DNA from: Coniocarpon cinnabarinum
Taxonomy: Eukaryota
Direction of reading: 5' to 3'
NCBI GenBank assembly: GCA_051942205.1
Contig: JAVECO010000172.1
Span: forward strand, 1 to 48,127
DNA: 48,127 nt
Position 1 is the first letter of the stretch. The number at the start of each line of letters is the position of its first letter. The position numbers and the translations under genes were made by a program. The notes under the pieces were generated by a model. The model saw only the letters and a list, made by a program, of their open reading frames with translations, made no database searches and had not been told where the DNA came from. Shown one piece after another: positions 44,721 to 48,127 of the stretch.

Positions 44721-46416
44721 GGCTTCTGTGGATGGCTGTCGCACGTGTTTGTGCCCACATGTGGCGTCCAGAAAGCAAAATCAAGTGGCATGGAATTCTA
44801 GGGTGCGGCTGCCGCCCCGGATGGAGAGTGTGGAGGCTGGTCAATGTACTTAAGCGCCAGCGAGACCGTCAGATTCAGGTTCCAAAGCGAAAGTCGTGGC
44901 CGTTTGGATGTCGATGCGAGCTGCGAATATTTCTTGGCGCTCTTTGAAACACTCCTGCGTATATAATTCCAGATCTAGCGCAGAAGACGGCGAAGCAACG
45001 ATCCCCCCCAGCGACTTGGGGACTGGCAAGAAGCAGAGCGGCGACGAGTTCACGTCAAAGAGATCCCAAGTCGTTTGACGGAAGACTCGGCTCATTTAGT
45101 TCTGCTGAAACGGGGGACCAACGAGTTGGACCATCATGGCTGGGACGACACGTAGCTGGATCTCACATTCATGCCTCTCCTACTGGATTGCATCAATGCG
45201 CGGTAAGTATATGGGCCAAAAAAAGTTCGAGACATTGTCGCACACGGGGTCTTCAGAACGGCTCGCGAATGGCAAAGACAGCGGCGGGAAAAAGTAAAGG
45301 TGGTCTGACAAGACAAGAGACGAAGAGTCGTGCCGCGCTTGTCTCATGTCTTAGCGAAAATGCAAGCTCACGTGACTTCATATCCTCCTTTGGTGACTTC
45401 CTTCCTCAACCTCATTCCTACGAGCACACAGCAGGCACTCGTGCTGGTGAAGCGCCGTTTGCAACGAAAGCGACAAGCATACTCCCTTGTTGGGAACCTC
45501 TCAGGCTCGGGCCGGGACAGTGTTGCGCACATTTGCCGTTCCGTGCTGACGATTTATCTCGAGGGCCCTTCATGCCGTCATTAGATCATCTCACATCTGT
45601 ACCAGATCTTTCTGCCGACGATCTCTTAATGACCTTGTTTCGCCTTCGACAGGAGCTCAACCTAGCCTCGTCTGTGTCCCTGTTTGATGCTAAATCATAC
45701 GGGTAGAGGCATACTGCCGTTCCCAAGGCGCTAACTGCCCTTGTCCTTCAACTGCTCCACTTCATAGCAGTTTGGCATACTCAGTACGAAACTGAAACCC
45801 GGCTGCTAGTGATGCTCGCTTTCCTCTTCGACTTGCTGACATGTCATGGCAGTCTCTCGCTTACACGGGGCTGGCCGGCAGAGATCTGCAATGGGCACGA
45901 CGCATTCTGCAAAAGGTCAAAGCACCCCAAATCTGTCCGCTTCTCACCGATCGCTTGAGAAAGAACCTTACAGATTGCCTGTCTGCGCTCCAATATTGTT
46001 TGTTTCTACGAATCTGTGCTCCCCACGCTGTCCTCTCGCAAAGCTTATTACGAGCTTTTGAGACGAAACGATATGCTTCTGTAAGACAGGGTGGCGACTT
46101 GGCGATCGCTCTCGCTCCACACCGCAGGTTTCAAAGGGCGCCATGATGTACGCCATAGCGTCCGTTAAGCTCTCAAGTCATGATCTTGCCAGGTATTCTT
46201 TTTAAGAGCTGTCTTTAAATCTTGTTCCCAGCTTATTCAAATTAAGAGATGCTCTTCGCCCCCCTCCTAGCTTCTATCCCCTCTTGAAAGAAAGACAATT
46301 AGATTAAGAGCCGGGCGGCGGGCCTGCCGCCTCAAGTCATCTCTTTGAATACCTTTTTCCCACAATCGATCTCAACCTGTTACAGCCTAAAGCTGCTCGT
46401 GCCGGAGCCTCTCAAT

Positions 46417-47510
46417 ATGAGTGACACAAACAATAACGTTTCTAGCAGTTAGTGCTTGCGAAAACACTTTATCGCTGCAGTCTTGCTCATTTGTTGCCAG
46501 TACTCAATCGTGCCCTCCATCACTTCTCTCCTCGAAGCATCTCGCAGGGTGCGTCCAACTTCACGGAGGGCGGCGCTGTCTTCACCACATCATGGGTCGT
46601 CTTCACCGCATTGCTATTTTTTGTTGGGGCGCCTGTGGCTTACTGGAAACGGCGTCGCCTGAGGCATATATTGCGTAGGTACTTGACAATGTCAGGAGAG
46701 CCAGGATCACAGGACGTAGAACGTGCTGCTGGAGCAATACGCGGAGCAGAACGGGAACGTGCGGCCCTCCCTTTCCTGGAATGGATCCTAAAGCTGTTTG
46801 GCTTCCATGACATGGCTGCTCGTTTGAAACGAGCGAGGGAGAGGGCTGCTCAAAGATCTGATGAGGACCTTCGGAGCGGCCACGGTAGCAGCCAGCACTC
46901 ACGGTCCAACTCGGATGCGCAACATAACCCGGCCACAGAGAACACAGACCATGACCGTCGAAGTGCTCATGAGGAACAGGAAATAAGGGACAATGACAGT
47001 CAAGGTGACTCTTTCGGCAGCGCCAGCACAAGGTCGACGGGTGGACGGACGGGGAGAGGCTTTCACTTGAAACGGTTGAAACCAGCTCATCTTGCGCCAA
47101 AGCGGCCAGGTCATGCCGAGTCAAGCGCCGCAGGCGCGGCACGTCCTCGTAGCCATTTCTCCCTCAGTATACGTTCCGGTCAAACCTCACATTCCGGAGA
47201 CACCCATTTCTTTTCCATCCGCAGTAGTGACTCGGAAGGCAGCCATCATCACGATCCTGACTGTACGGACCAGCAGAATGCCGACTTCCAAGACCAGTAT
47301 CGAAGGTCCCTGGATCGTCTCGAAAAGAAGGATCCAGAGCAGAGGCTGAGGGCCCTCGAACTGGATGGCACCAAGGCTGCTGTGGAAAGGAGGGGCAAGA
47401 GTCCGCAAGTGGCTACGTCCAGCGATGAGGCGCCGGCAGAAAAAGTGAAAGCCTCATCTTCTCGAGCATCTGGCCATGTTGCGTCGGCGAGGAGCTCATC
47501 AGAAAATTGA
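46417..47510 (+). CDS. Orphan single-TM protein, paralog B; intron 46448-46500
   Basis: MSDTNNNVSS followed by a phase-1 intron GTTAGT..CAG joins the 352-aa ORF. TM segment WVVFTALLFFVGAPVAYW followed by KRRR. Confidence 0.72.
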
Positions 47511-48008
47511 CTTATGTTATCCGCAGCTTACAGCAGTGCATACAGGAAGTCGTCGGGAATTTGAAAGAGAAGCTTCCTTCTATGCACAGAATTTATTACA
47601 TGTTATGGAATTCCCGTTCACGTGAGAAAGAAGACTTTGCCCTCCCAATGGAAGTTCAGGTGTGGCATCTTTGAACGAGGTGCAGAGCGCGTCACTGCGA
47701 ACAAGGCCTCGCTGCACCGTCTTGCCGCCCACCACCAGCCTGCTTTGTCTTCTCACCTGTCGAATTTTGTTGCCTCTTTGTTTATCGTCCTGCCACTGCT
47801 CCCTTTCAACGCATGTCTCTGCACTACTACATATGTATACATTCAGTCAGAAAGAATACCATTTGCATCTTCTCCAACTCCTTGAAGAATAGTCGCACTT
47901 TCGCTATCTCTTCAATCAGCCGAACTGTGTATTCGCTGAGACCGACTATACCTCCAACCGAATACTCCTCTCTCCACTCGACTACCAAGAGCAATTCAGC
48001 TCACAATC

Positions 48009-48127
48009 ATGCATCTCTCCACCGCCCTTCTCATCGCACTTCCGGCGCTCGCTCTTGCAAAGAGCGCTCTCTTCCCCACCGTGGGTGATAAATGTCCGCA
48101 TAACCTCCTCCTCCCCCAATCTCACTC
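48009..48127 (+). CDS. 5' end of a probable secreted protein (truncated by the window end)
   Basis: ATCATG start; MHLSTALLIALPALALA signal-peptide-like sequence; possible donor GTGGGT at 48081. Confidence 0.55.
   Translation, partial: MHLSTALLIALPALALAKSALFPTVGDKCPHNLLLPQSH

Overview
Intron-containing genomic DNA from a filamentous ascomycete, with GT-AG introns, CTRAC branch points and RIP-like mutation. Recognisable conserved genes are PUS7, a DHA2-type MFS transporter, a GNAT acetyltransferase, a 2-Cys peroxiredoxin with long extensions, CENP-X/MHF2, a secreted GMC oxidoreductase, ALO1, a UBL-domain membrane protein (HERP/Usa1-like), DUS1, WDR8/WRAP73 and a coiled-coil protein. There is also a tandem pair of orphan single-TM paralogs. 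The main discovery lies in the apparently empty DUS1-WDR8 interval (about 31.36-35.1 kb, minus strand): an array of 14 box C/D snoRNA-like units from two sequence families in strict alternation (X,Y)x7. The units show covarying terminal stems and one compensatory C/D box change, and one unit has a 62-nt spliceosomal-type intron inside box C. The array lies downstream of a putative spliced host 5' region carrying a 41-aa transmembrane sORF. Other oddities are a 32-33 bp phased palindromic motif array (12.6-12.9 kb), a RIP-eroded ~135 bp tandem repeat and a 12-mer minisatellite. All calls were made by eye; no database searches were run.
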